Assembly: GCA_000004985.1 (NCBI GenBank)
Contig: GG738860.1
DNA length: 64,000 nt
DNA from: Naegleria gruberi
Taxonomy: Eukaryota
Direction: 5' to 3' (one strand)
Position numbers and translations under genes: made by a program. How positions within the stretch are numbered: position 1 is the stretch's first letter; each line of letters opens with the position of its first letter. The notes under the pieces were generated by a model. The model did not search any database. It saw nothing but the letters and a program-made list of their open reading frames with translations, and was not told where the DNA came from. Positions 21,355 through 32,896 of the stretch are shown here, in pieces.

Positions 21355-23484
21355 ATGTCTCGTTTATTTCCTCTGGTTTTGTTATTGGTTTTAGCCATTC
21401 AGCAGATTTATTGCTTTAGAATCATACCTCTCACCACTACATCACCATGTACTGAAATGCAAAAGGAAAGAGTCATTCTCTCCACAGATAGCATGATAGC
21501 ATTTTGTGTTAACAAACAAGGCTCTGAGTGTTCCACTATTAAATACCTGAATGGAAGAAAAGTGATGGTACACAGAGACCTCTCCGATTTGTTTCAATTT
21601 CAACTCGATAGGTACAATGAAATTCATCAGGAAACAATTATACCAATAGTGACACTTGTAACCTCAATCTATGTTGATGCCTTCTTTGGTCATCCAGCAC
21701 TTAATTTTGACAGTTTTGTTGTTCCTTTAAGTACACTCCAAGATGTTCTTCTTCGAATGCCCTCTTTGGAGAATAGTGAAAGACTACTTTTGTGGAGTGA
21801 CCTTAATTTCATTGATGAAATGAGCATGCCTATTCAAGTGGGCACTCTCAATGAAACTAGCAAGTTTGCACTAATTGAAGACACAATTTCTACTGAGTAT
21901 TTTGGGCCTCTTCTTGAAAAATCAAAAAGAAAAACCACAATTGGATATAGAACCTTCAATGAGTTGATACTTTCCAATAGATTTGGACTTGGAAAATTAG
22001 ATTTACTGAAACAAACATTTATCAAAAGATTATTCAATGGTTGTGATTTGAAAATTGAGGAAGTGGAAACGAGCAATTTCACAATTATCAAACAATTTGA
22101 ATCTGTGAAGAATCTCAGTATGAACAATTTAATTGACTTGAATGTATTGTATTGCTTTGAAAAGTCAACTCTTTCATTCTATTCATGCAATGACGGTGTA
22201 CCAGGTACAGTGATTGCCTATGAAATTGAGAAACTTCTCCAGATTACATTTGGATGTCTTCAGCTGTTACTATTGGCAGCAACATTTAACACCAAGTCAA
22301 TCAAGCGCAGACTTTTAGTACCTTATTTGATTCCTCTTTGTTTGATTGTGGCTAGTATATTCTTCTCGATTTTCATGCAACAAGTTTCCAATACATTGAG
22401 GTCTATAGTAACCATTGGAATTACTGCTTTTGTAATTGGGATTTATGGTTCCACTCTTGTTAGATTCTACTATTTAAGGTATTTGTATCGATTTCTTAGC
22501 AATTCAACTGATAAGCAAGTGAAAATTCACAGAATTTTGAGTTCTGAATGGTTTGGGGTTTTGGCAACATTAGTATGCGCCATTCTTCATGTACTCTTTT
22601 GGTTGGCAATCCTCATACCCTATGCAGTTGTTAATGTCTACGAAAGCAATGTATTATTTGGAGTGAATGTCATTTACCTACTGCAAGGAATCATTGGATG
22701 CATTTTGGGTATTGTTTTCATGAGTATTGATATTTTTAACAATCGAAAACTAATTAAGGAAAAGGGACTATTACACTTTTTCACATTTGAAGATCCTTAC
22801 TTCTTGAGATTGGACATCATTAGTTTTTTCATTATCCTTACAAGCCTAATTTTGATTATAATTTTCAACTTGATAGGTCAGGAATGGGCAGATTATTGTT
22901 TGGGCATATGTTCATTCATATCTTTTATTTTCATTTACTGTCTTGGAGGAATGACAGCCATCCTGATTGAATGCTGGAAATTCCTCAAAAGAAAGAGGCG
23001 GCCAATAGAATCTACCTCTCAAAAAATTCAAACAGATATTGAACTACATTTAAAGGATCAACACTTTGTTGAACTATTTAAAAGTTTCTGTGAAAAGGAA
23101 TTTTCACTGGAGAACTTTCTCCTTTACGAACACATTTCTCAACTAAGGACGAGTACTCTCTCTTCTTCAGATAATAGAAGCACCAATTCCATGAACTCAT
23201 CCTCACTAGATCGTTACATCTCAGCGGAGCAATTCTATCAGTTGTGGACTTTATTCTTCAAGCCATTAGCCAAGTATGAAGTTAATCTTCCAGGAAAAGT
23301 CAAGAAACAAATCGAAATAATTTACCACTCAAGAGATGGAACCCCACTAGAAACATTTGAGAATATCGTCCTGACCGAATTGTTATTCAATCTCAAAGAT
23401 ACCTATAGTCGACTTGTAGAGACGAGTGAATTTTCGAGATGGCAATTGGTAAATACCATTCAAACTCAACAGAATATCAAATAA
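21355..23484 (+). CDS. seven-transmembrane protein with C-terminal RGS domain (7TM-RGS)
   Basis: Signal-peptide-like MSRLFPLVLLLVLAIQQIYC, an ectodomain of about 290 aa, about 7 hydrophobic helices, then the RGS signature FVELFKSFCEKEFSLENFLLYEHISQL. Confidence 0.7.
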   Translation: MSRLFPLVLLLVLAIQQIYCFRIIPLTTTSPCTEMQKERVILSTDSMIAFCVNKQGSECSTIKYLNGRKVMVHRDLSDLFQFQLDRYNEIHQETIIPIVTLVTSIYVDAFFGHPALNFDSFVVPLSTLQDVLLRMPSLENSERLLLWSDLNFIDEMSMPIQVGTLNETSKFALIEDTISTEYFGPLLEKSKRKTTIGYRTFNELILSNRFGLGKLDLLKQTFIKRLFNGCDLKIEEVETSNFTIIKQFESVKNLSMNNLIDLNVLYCFEKSTLSFYSCNDGVPGTVIAYEIEKLLQITFGCLQLLLLAATFNTKSIKRRLLVPYLIPLCLIVASIFFSIFMQQVSNTLRSIVTIGITAFVIGIYGSTLVRFYYLRYLYRFLSNSTDKQVKIHRILSSEWFGVLATLVCAILHVLFWLAILIPYAVVNVYESNVLFGVNVIYLLQGIIGCILGIVFMSIDIFNNRKLIKEKGLLHFFTFEDPYFLRLDIISFFIILTSLILIIIFNLIGQEWADYCLGICSFISFIFIYCLGGMTAILIECWKFLKRKRRPIESTSQKIQTDIELHLKDQHFVELFKSFCEKEFSLENFLLYEHISQLRTSTLSSSDNRSTNSMNSSSLDRYISAEQFYQLWTLFFKPLAKYEVNLPGKVKKQIEIIYHSRDGTPLETFENIVLTELLFNLKDTYSRLVETSEFSRWQLVNTIQTQQNIK

Positions 23485-23572
23485 AATGTCCTTATTACTC
23501 CTATCCCAACACTCCATCATGAATTTTCACACAAACTTTCACACTGTTAAATAAAATTCCATTACAAAAAAA

Positions 23573-24700
23573 ATGAGCGATAAAGAATCCACACCAAGTC
23601 CATCACCATTATCATCAAATAATTCTCCACCTGTTGCCACAACAACTACCACAACAACAACATTACCAAGTGGTCCTAAACAAGATAATACCAAGAGTTT
23701 TCTTGTCCAATCATCACCACTTGTTTCCTTCATATCGGGAGCAGTTTATGGATGTACCTCCATTGCTGTAGGACAACCTCTCGATACAATTAAAACACTC
23801 ATGCAATCTAGTGCTACTATTAATCAAAATAATGCAACAACATTGGGTGTGATTAAATCAATTTATAAGAAGAATGGTTTTATGGGATTTTATCGTGGAT
23901 CTCTTCCACCTTTGTTTACTGCTTCAGTGTTGAGAAGTTTGCAATTTGGTGGATATGCAATGGCATTACAATATATTATGGAAAATAATGTGTTTTCTGA
24001 TAAGGATTTCAGAAAGGAAAATTTACATGTTTTGGAGGAGAAACCATTTAGTTTGCATCCTGAAATGTTTGCTGCTGGCTGTTTTGGAGGTGCTGCTAGA
24101 GCCATTGTTGGTATGTTTCAATTTTCATGGTCATGTGTTTATTAATAATATTCGAATTATTTCCAAAACATTTTAATAGAAACCCCTGTCGAATATATGA
24201 AAGTCAGATTCCAAACTGAACAACCTTGGAAATTTACTGAATTATATCGTGGATTTACTGCAACACTGTTACGTAACATGTTCCTTTTGGGCAGTTTCTT
24301 TGTTTTTGTTGACTTTTTCACTCAAGAATATAGAAATTTACAAGTGAGACAACATTTGAAATCTCTTGCATCTGATGAAGAAAGAGAAAAGAGCAGAGGT
24401 CAATATTTCGATTTTGCAAAATTGAGTCCATTCTTTACAGGTGGTGTTTGTGCAACTTTGGCTTGGTGGTTAGTTTTCCCATTGGATGTTATTAAGAGTC
24501 AAATTCAAGCTATGAAACCTGATGAACAATTGGGCCTTATGCAAAGAATGAAACATGTTTCAAACACTTTGGGCTTCAGAGGATTTTTCAGAGGAATTGT
24601 ACCTGCTAGTGCTAGATCCATGTTGGCAAATGGTGTTTCAATGATTGCCTTTGCTTATGTTTCATCTCATCTCATTCAAAAATTGGAAAAGAAGGAATAA
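23573..24700 (+). CDS. mitochondrial carrier family (SLC25) protein, 2 exons
   Basis: Exons 23573-24110 and 24180-24700 with a 69-nt GTATGT..AG intron in phase 1. Three carrier signatures are present: PLDTIKTLMQ, PVEYMKVRFQ, PLDVIKSQIQ. Confidence 0.85.
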
Positions 24701-24737
24701 ATTTATTCCCAATAAGTCATAAAAGAATGAATTGAAA

Positions 24738-27700
24738 TTACTGTTTGAGTTTCTTTTGAGCTGGCTGTTGTTCAAGTGTTTGCTGACAAGTACTGGAAGA
24801 ACGTTTTGTAATCTTTTGCCATTTTCTTGAAACATGATCCATGCAAAAGTATATTGTTACAATTTCATCATTGAGCTCTTCTGAGTGAATTACATATTGT
24901 TCCTGGCAGTTTCGATTTTCTCCCATGAAAAATGTAAATATCTGTTTTCTTGTTTCCTGTGTGATTTGATTGCATCCCCTTAATAAATTATCCAGATAGT
25001 TGTTGACACGAGAATAATTTTCAGTATAATCATTTGTTAATACCAATTGAGGAGGTTGATAGGTTGAAAGTGAGGCTTGTTGTAAAGTTATTTGTTGCTG
25101 AAGTGAGTTAAGATATTTCAATACCTTTTGAACGTGAGATAAATTCTTCTTTAGTTCATTTTGAGGAGAGCTAATCTTGGTGATGGTTATTTTTCTATAT
25201 TCCTTTCTAATATCAAGGAAAGAAGGGTTACAGAGCTTTTCAATATTCGAAATAACATGATCTCTCTGACCTTGTGTGTTTCTCATTTCAAAAGTTACTC
25301 TATTGGGATCTAACAAGTAGGTTCTCACAGACTCACAGGTGCTACACGGACTAGAACCGACAAACATTCCAGAATTCCTACAATTTGATTTTAAAGGTTC
25401 TATTTTCCAACTCCATGGCAACTGTTGGATATTTTGAATGTGAGTCGATACTATTCCTAATGCACCAGTTATGAGTAATGATAAAGAAGACCCATTCAAT
25501 AGAGAAGCTCTAAAATTACTAGTTTCCAACCATTTAAGTAGTGGAATGAGCACAGATTCCACTCTATCAAATGTGTCGCATCTATTCAATATACTTGAGA
25601 CTATTATGTTAAAATTATCAGGAATACACTCTCTACAAAACATGTATATAAATGAAATGCACATATTTGATGTTAGCTGTGGTTGAGAGGTAAATTCCAT
25701 CCAAATTGAATTTCTCAAAATATCATATGCATATTTGCATTCCTCATTTGTGAAATTGTTTTCACAATAGGTTGCAATGACCATAGCTTGCTCATAAAAC
25801 TTGTTGGTGAGCTCAGGAAGGCACACTTGCATCTTTTCTTGTAATAATTGCTTATTCACTTTTGAGGAGTTCTCAAAGAATATTCCATAACAATTAGTAA
25901 AACACGAAATATTATCCAATAATGATAGTAAAACATCTTCCAAATGTAGAGTATTGTGCAGTGAACAATAAGGAAGTAATAATTGAAAAACTGTCGCATC
26001 TGCCCTTTTCAAAATTGCTGAAATGGCATTTTCTGTGAATGGCATTTGTCTTTCAATCATGTATCTCAAAATGGTGTGAAGATAAGTATTAGGGAGGTGT
26101 TGAGTGGCCAATCTTTCAAAAATCTTATCAAAGAACTCTTTGATAAAAACATTTCCATTAACATCCTTGGAGAATTCATTGATAACAAACTGAACGTGGT
26201 CTATTCTGTCCTGTATTGTAGACTGGAACGCTTTTTGGACGAACTTTTCAATAAATTGATCCTTCAATTGGTTCATTGGGAAGATTCCAACAATGGCACT
26301 CCAACCAAAATCAGATAAACTTGGATGAGCATCAAGATAACATTTCAAAACCTCATAATTTCGAAGTTGAATTATATTCCTAACCATTAAATCTTCTGAA
26401 AGCTTATTTGCACATTTAGGTATAAATTGCAAAAGTTGAGTGAGTGCATTAGGTTTCAGACTTGTTGCTTCCATAAATAATTGTTGGCAAATGTAATCCA
26501 CATCCTGGGTGTGAGCGTAATTGTTGAAGAGGGATGTAGCAAACCTCCTAGAAACAATAACTATGCATCCGTTTCTATACCACTTATCTAAATTGGTTCC
26601 CTCATTACCTGTGTGCTCAATTCGAGAATTTGCAAAGTGTTGATCCTCGAGTCTTTCGTATGGAATTATATTAGAAAGCATCATATTTGATGGCAAACTG
26701 GAAAATGAAGACCCACTAGTTGTTTTCACATTTTTCAAGTTATATCGAACAGTTGGTTCACATATTAGATCACTTCTGACCTCTATTTCTGTCTCAGAAT
26801 CAGAACCACAATCATCACCATCTCCATAATAATCATAGTGATCTCCATCCAATTGTCCACTAACTTCTTTTTCAAATATTCCAATAAATAAATGGAATAA
26901 TAAATGTTCTTGATTGAGTTCAGATAAGAATGTGTACAGCATTTGATCTTTCCCTTTCAGATTCGAAGCTGATAAACCTTCCATAGTATATTTGTGTTCT
27001 AGTAACCAAACAATGAAGGGAGGTTCGGTTTTTTCCCATCTTTCAGATAGGTTTATGAATGATTTCTCCAATTTACTCCTCATATTAAATGAGGGGATGG
27101 AATCCAAAGCCCCATTATAACAAACATTATAAATTAGACATAATCTGTATCCACTCGAAACTCTATTCACCTTATGTTCACAATCACAGAAAAATCCAGT
27201 GTATGAAACCTTATAACTTGAATTCTTTGAAAAATCATAGATTTTTTCATTCCCAGAATGTTTTACAATTAGCTCTCCACCAGAATACACTGAAGGAAGA
27301 TGAATTACCAAAGTTGCAAACATACCACTCTCCTTCTCTGTATCTCTGTGATAATCAAAGTGTCCATCAGTTTCATAGAGAAGCAGTTTGTAAAGACTAT
27401 GAGTAATTCGTTTGTGTTTTGGAATACCAAGTCCATTTCGTAACTCATTTTCAACAATATTTCCCACAAAACCATTCCATTTAGGATTAGAAATAATGAA
27501 TTGGGATGGCTCAAGTTGCCAACTTTTTCTCACAGTTTCATCAATAAGTGTCAGCTCTCCCTTCCCATAAGGTGCCTTTGATGCCACTGAAATGATGTCT
27601 TGAGCTTGATTTAAATTAGTAATAGGGAGAGAGCAATGTTTCAATTCAACAGTTGCTCCACTTTCATTGGATGGTACACAAATTTGTAATCCAGGAAGTC

Positions 27701-28154
27701 CTGGAATATTCTCAACTTCGCCTCCACATGAAAATTCTCCAACACATACATCTGTTTCTGAGCTAGTCAATAAATCAGCCATTTCCTTTGTTGTTTCTGA
27801 ATATCCAATAACCAACTCATCAGGAAGTATCAATGAGTGGCGTTGATATGGTATCGTGAACATAATTGGACTTGTGGGTTTAGGCCTATGAGAATTATCA
27901 AACACAAATGATGACTCAAAAGATTCAGACATTATATTCGGAAGAGGAAATTCCATTGGTTTGAGGGTAATCAGGTTGAAGGTGTTCGTAGATGATGACC
28001 CCTGACTATTATGACTAATTAAATTGTTCAATAATTGTGATGTTGAGAGAATGTCATTGGTACTACTACCAATAGTACTACTAATACCATCACCAGAATT
28101 AATGGTAGTTATATTAGGAGTAGTGGTATTTCCGAGTAGGTTATTAAATTGCAT
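24738..28154 (-). CDS. large (1138 aa) protein with a 2OG-Fe(II) oxygenase (P4H-like) domain and a long uncharacterised C-terminal region
   Basis: Single ORF. Motif LYKLLLYETDGHFDYHRDTE...ATLVIHLPSVYSGGELIV...CEHKVNRVSSGYRLCLIYN gives the HxD...H triad plus Arg of 2OG-FeII_Oxy_3-type dioxygenases. A Cys cluster CRNSGMFVGSSPCSTCESV lies near the C-terminus. Confidence 0.6.
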   Translation of the reverse strand: MQFNNLLGNTTTPNITTINSGDGISSTIGSSTNDILSTSQLLNNLISHNSQGSSSTNTFNLITLKPMEFPLPNIMSESFESSFVFDNSHRPKPTSPIMFTIPYQRHSLILPDELVIGYSETTKEMADLLTSSETDVCVGEFSCGGEVENIPGLPGLQICVPSNESGATVELKHCSLPITNLNQAQDIISVASKAPYGKGELTLIDETVRKSWQLEPSQFIISNPKWNGFVGNIVENELRNGLGIPKHKRITHSLYKLLLYETDGHFDYHRDTEKESGMFATLVIHLPSVYSGGELIVKHSGNEKIYDFSKNSSYKVSYTGFFCDCEHKVNRVSSGYRLCLIYNVCYNGALDSIPSFNMRSKLEKSFINLSERWEKTEPPFIVWLLEHKYTMEGLSASNLKGKDQMLYTFLSELNQEHLLFHLFIGIFEKEVSGQLDGDHYDYYGDGDDCGSDSETEIEVRSDLICEPTVRYNLKNVKTTSGSSFSSLPSNMMLSNIIPYERLEDQHFANSRIEHTGNEGTNLDKWYRNGCIVIVSRRFATSLFNNYAHTQDVDYICQQLFMEATSLKPNALTQLLQFIPKCANKLSEDLMVRNIIQLRNYEVLKCYLDAHPSLSDFGWSAIVGIFPMNQLKDQFIEKFVQKAFQSTIQDRIDHVQFVINEFSKDVNGNVFIKEFFDKIFERLATQHLPNTYLHTILRYMIERQMPFTENAISAILKRADATVFQLLLPYCSLHNTLHLEDVLLSLLDNISCFTNCYGIFFENSSKVNKQLLQEKMQVCLPELTNKFYEQAMVIATYCENNFTNEECKYAYDILRNSIWMEFTSQPQLTSNMCISFIYMFCRECIPDNFNIIVSSILNRCDTFDRVESVLIPLLKWLETSNFRASLLNGSSLSLLITGALGIVSTHIQNIQQLPWSWKIEPLKSNCRNSGMFVGSSPCSTCESVRTYLLDPNRVTFEMRNTQGQRDHVISNIEKLCNPSFLDIRKEYRKITITKISSPQNELKKNLSHVQKVLKYLNSLQQQITLQQASLSTYQPPQLVLTNDYTENYSRVNNYLDNLLRGCNQITQETRKQIFTFFMGENRNCQEQYVIHSEELNDEIVTIYFCMDHVSRKWQKITKRSSSTCQQTLEQQPAQKKLKQ

Positions 28155-28537
28155 AATTAATAATTAAATTATTAAATAATATTAAATCATTGGATTATGT
28201 TCTAATTTCGGAACAGTTTTTCAAATTAATTGTGTTTATAAATCATCCAATTATAATTTATTCCTCAAGAGTTTTGCTCACACCAAGAGAGAGTGCAAAC
28301 AAGAGCTATTAGTTGAATTTTTTTTGTCAAAACTATTCCACCAAATATTCGAATTTGCAAATGAAAGCCCATTTACTTCTAAAACGAGAAAAATTATGTG
28401 TGCTATCTCATCATCCCATACAGTACTTTCCCAAAATAACAACTTTCCAAATTTAATCAATTTTTAAAAAATCAAAAAAAAACTCCTCAATATAAATTCA
28501 AATCATCTCACACACAAGTGAAAAACTCTAAAGAAAA

Positions 28538-29290
28538 ATGGCCTGGAGATGTTCTGGACAAAGTAATGCCGAACTGATTGCCAATCTGTTTAAATCCAAT
28601 ATCATTTCAAGTAATAGTGTCTCGAGGGCAATGTCTCGTACCGATCGTGCACTGTTTTGCAGGAGTGATCATCGAGATTATGCCTACTTGGATCAACCTC
28701 TTCCGATCGGAAATGATGTGACAATATCTGCTCCTCATATGCATGCCTATTGTTTGGAATTGTTGGAAGATCATTTGAAACCAGGAAATAGAGCAATGGA
28801 TGTTGGAAGTGGTAGTGGCTATCTTGTTGCTACTATGGCTGAAATGATGGCTCCACAAGTTGAACATGTGGTTGAAGGAACTAAAATTGTTGGCATTGAA
28901 TATTTGCAATCAATCTATTTATTTGGAAAGGAAAATATTGAAAAGGTTTGTTTGGTAATTATTTTGAATTTTGTAAATTAATTTTGAAAACAGTATCAAA
29001 AAACAAAGGATTTAATGAATCAAGGTATTATTGAAATGATTAAAGGAGATGGATGGAAAGGCTATGCTCAAGGAGGTCCATATCATGCTATTCATGTTGG
29101 AGCAGCTGCATCCACACTTCCTCATGCACTTGTTGAGCAATTGGCAAATGGTGGCAGATTGATCATTCCTGTTGGTGATATAGATCAACACTTGATGGTA
29201 ATTGATAAGGATATCAATGGCAAAGTCACCCAAAAGAAAGTAATGGGAGTGAGATATGTTCCTCTTGTCAACCCAACAAATTGTAAATAA
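28538..29290 (+). CDS. PCMT: protein-L-isoaspartate O-methyltransferase, 2 exons
   Basis: Exons 28538-28945 and 28994-29290 with a 48-nt intron in phase 0. Motifs ISAPHMHAYCLELL, AMDVGSGSGYL, GGPYHAIHVGAAA, GGRLIIPVG. Confidence 0.9.
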
Positions 29291-29339
29291 TTGTAAAATA
29301 TTTGTACAAAATTAAAATAATTTATAATAAATTAAAGTG

Positions 29340-31556
29340 TTATCTTCTTGGTGTTAAATCACTTAGAGCACGAGCAACAAGTGAATTTCTATTTTTACCA
29401 TAAAGAGGATGGTTTTTCATGAGTAGTAATTGTTCCAAACGTTTCACTATCGTTTCAGCCTCTATGGTTGTCCTAGCTTCATAAAATAGGTTCTCATCAT
29501 CGAATGACAAAACAAAACACTTTGGATTAGTTGAATCACATTCAATTGAACGTAAAGTGGTAATTGGTCTTGTTGGGTGTTTTGTTTTAGATGAATTCAT
29601 CCAACGAGAAGTATTGGCTGGCTTTGAATTATAAATAAATTCTGAATCAAAACTGAGAATTCTCTCTTGTCTGACTCCAAACTTATTTGTCTTGGTAACA
29701 TGGAAAACGTTATCAGTATTATCATAAGTCATGAATGGAAGGGCGTATATTTGTTTTGAAGGTGACCCAATCATATTGGGAGCGGTTGGAGATCCAGATA
29801 TTTCACCTTTAGGTGTTGATTGATCTGTATCAGACTCGTATGCTGCTGTTCTTACAAGAACAACTCTTTCAATCATTGATCCTAAAGAATAAAGTGTCTT
29901 GTCTTTGTAATTTTTGCTAATTTCTTTCAGATTCTTGTCTTTTCCAATAGTATTGATCATGTATTTTTTAGGATCCAAAGAAAAACGTTGACAAAGTACT
30001 TTCTGTAAATCTTTGAGTAATAATTCTGGAGATACTGGAACAAGTTTGAAATAAGTGAGTTGGTAATTTCTGGAATTAATTGGGGATGTGAATGAATTGG
30101 TATTTGGAATGATGGTTGGTGTAGAACATGAATTTTTTGGTGGTGGAAGGAAAACTTGAAGTCTAATATCTTCTAAATTGAATTTTGTAAAAACTTCATC
30201 TCCTCCAAACTTGATATTTAACTCTCTCCTATTTTTAAGATTGGAAGATGAATCATCTTCAGCTCCACTATTTCCACTGGACATTGGTTGAAAATTCCTA
30301 TCAAGTACAAGTGTTAATTTTACATTACCCAACTGTTCAATCATTGTCTTTTCCTTGTTGAGTGGAGGCCAACTTGTATCAGGTTGACCATCTTCTTCTG
30401 CAACTCGTAATTGATAAGCTCTATCGTCAATAGCAATAGGTTCTAGATCAGTTTCTCTTTTATACAGTTCCAGTGCTTTACGAATCAAATCTGTGGCAGT
30501 AAAGTTTAGAGATGTCATTGAACTCACAGTTGGAATGGGCACATTAACTTTGTGAACACCTCCTCGTTTGTGTGGCACAAATGTAGCAATATATCGAACA
30601 GATTGATTTGCTTGTTTAAAATTACTTGAATTATCATGTAAAAGACTACCTCCAATAGCAGGATTTCTTCTTGGTCTCAAATCCATCGACAAGGATGAAT
30701 CTACTGTCGTTTTTGTTGGTATCATCTTGTTAACACCACCAAGTGTAACTTTTTGAAAGATGGAATCTTGTACAGGTGGGTTGACTGGTTGTTGATTTGA
30801 AGAAGTATTTGATTGTTCTACCTGTCTTGTATCTTGCTCGGGTGTTATTGGATTATTTTCCTCTTCACTAACACCATCATCACCTTGATCTCCATTATTT
30901 CTTCTTGGTGTTGTTGTGCCATTGCGAGGAGTTGTTGCTCCTCTTGGTGTTGTTACATTGCCTCGAGGAGTTGTGTTACTTGATGAATTCATTGCTGGCA
31001 TGTTTTGAAGAGGAAGTTGGAGATTAAATTTACCAGGTGATGCAACACCATTCTGTTTTTGTTGTTGTTCTACATGTCTTTTGTGTTCAATAAATAATAA
31101 TTCATAATCTTTTAGATCAAAAGTATCGGGTGGTGTAAATGATGTTGATAATCCTGTATTTCTATTATATCCTCCTTGTTGTTGGGCGCCATATGGATCA
31201 TGATCTGCTCCTGTTGTTGTACTGGAGAAACTTCTTGTTCGAAAGTGTCCAGGATTATTTGAAGATGCTGATCGTTGAATGAGAGGTTGATTGGCTCCAT
31301 TTGTATTGGTTCTTACGAGAGGAAATTGTGCTCCATTTCTTGGTGGTGGTTGAGGAGGTTGAAAAGATGGATTTGTTGTTGTTGATGTAGATTGTATTTT
31401 GAAGGAAGAACTCGTTGATTTTAAAGTACTATTCATCAAACTGTTACCATTACTCACTCCACCCGAAGAGTTATTGTTCAGTAACATTTGATCGTGTATT
31501 CGAGGAAGTGTTGTCCTCTTTGTCTCCTTGAAGTTTGGCTTTTTAAAGTGGAGCAT
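29340..31556 (-). CDS. SIN1/AVO1/RIP3-type TORC2 subunit
   Basis: 738-aa ORF. CRIM-domain block YQLRVAEEDGQPDTSWPPLNKEKTMIEQLGNVKLTLV resembles the SIN1 signature (AEDDGEVDTDFPPL). The C-terminal PH-like region is FHVTKTNKFGVRQERILSFD. Confidence 0.65.
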   Translation of the reverse strand: MLHFKKPNFKETKRTTLPRIHDQMLLNNNSSGGVSNGNSLMNSTLKSTSSSFKIQSTSTTTNPSFQPPQPPPRNGAQFPLVRTNTNGANQPLIQRSASSNNPGHFRTRSFSSTTTGADHDPYGAQQQGGYNRNTGLSTSFTPPDTFDLKDYELLFIEHKRHVEQQQKQNGVASPGKFNLQLPLQNMPAMNSSSNTTPRGNVTTPRGATTPRNGTTTPRRNNGDQGDDGVSEEENNPITPEQDTRQVEQSNTSSNQQPVNPPVQDSIFQKVTLGGVNKMIPTKTTVDSSLSMDLRPRRNPAIGGSLLHDNSSNFKQANQSVRYIATFVPHKRGGVHKVNVPIPTVSSMTSLNFTATDLIRKALELYKRETDLEPIAIDDRAYQLRVAEEDGQPDTSWPPLNKEKTMIEQLGNVKLTLVLDRNFQPMSSGNSGAEDDSSSNLKNRRELNIKFGGDEVFTKFNLEDIRLQVFLPPPKNSCSTPTIIPNTNSFTSPINSRNYQLTYFKLVPVSPELLLKDLQKVLCQRFSLDPKKYMINTIGKDKNLKEISKNYKDKTLYSLGSMIERVVLVRTAAYESDTDQSTPKGEISGSPTAPNMIGSPSKQIYALPFMTYDNTDNVFHVTKTNKFGVRQERILSFDSEFIYNSKPANTSRWMNSSKTKHPTRPITTLRSIECDSTNPKCFVLSFDDENLFYEARTTIEAETIVKRLEQLLLMKNHPLYGKNRNSLVARALSDLTPRR

Positions 31557-32231
31557 TTTATTCAGAATGTTGCTGTGATGGGATGAGAAGATTGAAGTAG
31601 TTTATTGCTGATGGAGGAAATGTTCGTCTCCTCTTGTTCTTTGCAATGATGAAGGAAATAAAATGGAAAGGTTGTAGACGTTGTTGTTGTGGCGAGAAGA
31701 TGTTATTATTATCTCTCTACAGAGTCTATTTTTTAATTATTAATAATTGTTTTAAATAATACTTTTCAATTGTCTGGAACTTGTGATTGATTTTTCTAAA
31801 TTGAAGACAACGACTAGTTACATGTCGATACTACTTTTGATGAAGAGATGCTTATTCTTTGAGTTTGGAACTTTGTTTCTTTTGTAGATTAGTTGACAAA
31901 TAGGGGAGTAGAGATACTTGATAATAGGTAAGGAAAGTTAATAGGTAAATTCAATACAATAATCGACCAAAACGAAAGCAATGCTTGATATTCCAAATTA
32001 AAATATTTTGATAAGGTGCTCAACTTAATGAACTACTTCATTCAATAAAACTCAACTGTGCAAGCAAAATTCAAATAATGACTTTTAGGTGTGCACTTTA
32101 TTCAAAAGTACAATTTCTATTCAATAATATAGTATTTGTAATGGTATTACAAAATATAAATCAAATTGAATCAAATTGGAGTTATTGCATAATGTTAATT
32201 TACAAATTCTTAGAATTATTTACAAGGAAAA

Positions 32232-32748
32232 TTAGAGAATGACACATCTGTGGTCATTCACACTCAACACTTCTATTTTACAAACAATACCAGATCTTGC
32301 AGGTACATATGGAGGAGCTCCTTTTTCATAATCTTTGAATAAATTGTATTTCTAATTTCCAATACTTTATAATAAACTTACAAGCTTCTTGATAGGGAAT
32401 AACCAGTTCGGCTGTTGTTCCTTCTTTGAGTTTTCCAGATAAAAAGGCTTTCTCCCAACCGTCTATCACTTTACGAGCTCCTGGATCAAGTTTAAATGTA
32501 TATGGCTTTTTAATTAGCCAAGTATCATCAAAATCGTGATGTTGTCCTTGTACTCGCTATTGTAGTATGAAATATCATGATCATCACACCATTCCGAAAT
32601 TAACAAAAATGTTTAATCATCTTCTTACCATTTTATAGTGTAGGGTGATATAATCGCCCTGCTTTGGTGTCTTTCCACGACCCTCCTTCATGATATTGAT
32701 TTGGGTCTCGTTATTTGGATCGGCAGCATCACTCAAAAATAGTGCCAT
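32232..32748 (-). CDS. FKBP-type peptidyl-prolyl cis-trans isomerase, 3 exons
   Basis: Exons 32748-32629, 32556-32382, 32332-32232 with introns of 72 and 49 nt (GTAAGA/GTAAGT donors). The spliced protein ...GDYITLHYKMRVQGQHHDFDDTW..KPYTFKLDPGARKVIDGWEKAF...ELVIPYQEAYYEKGAPPYVPARSGIVCKIEVLSV aligns residue-for-residue in pattern with FKBP12. Confidence 0.7.
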
Positions 32749-32896
32749 TTTTTTATCTTTGAACATGAAATTTAAAAGAACCAAGTTCATAGTGCATTAA
32801 TAAAATAATTAACATTATTCAAGCAAGAACAAAGTCATACAATAATTATAGTAAATTTCCTTGTTATATAAAACTAGTTTTCATCAATAAATGTAA

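Noticed and set aside
28278-28460. Short intergenic ORFs here, at 49444-49677, 49953-50171 and 53832-54023, and antisense ORFs at 33643-34020 and 35606-35896
   Set aside because: They are 60-125 aa with non-ATG or poor starts, have compositions typical of AT-rich noise or antisense of real exons, and lie in promoters or opposite better-supported genes.
32352-32381. A 30-nt intron first modelled in the FKBP gene
   Set aside because: Re-phasing showed it creates an in-frame TAA. The 49-nt intron 32333-32381 restores the frame and gives a C-terminus (IPYQEAYYEKGAPPYVPARSGIVCKIEVLSV) that matches the FKBP pattern.
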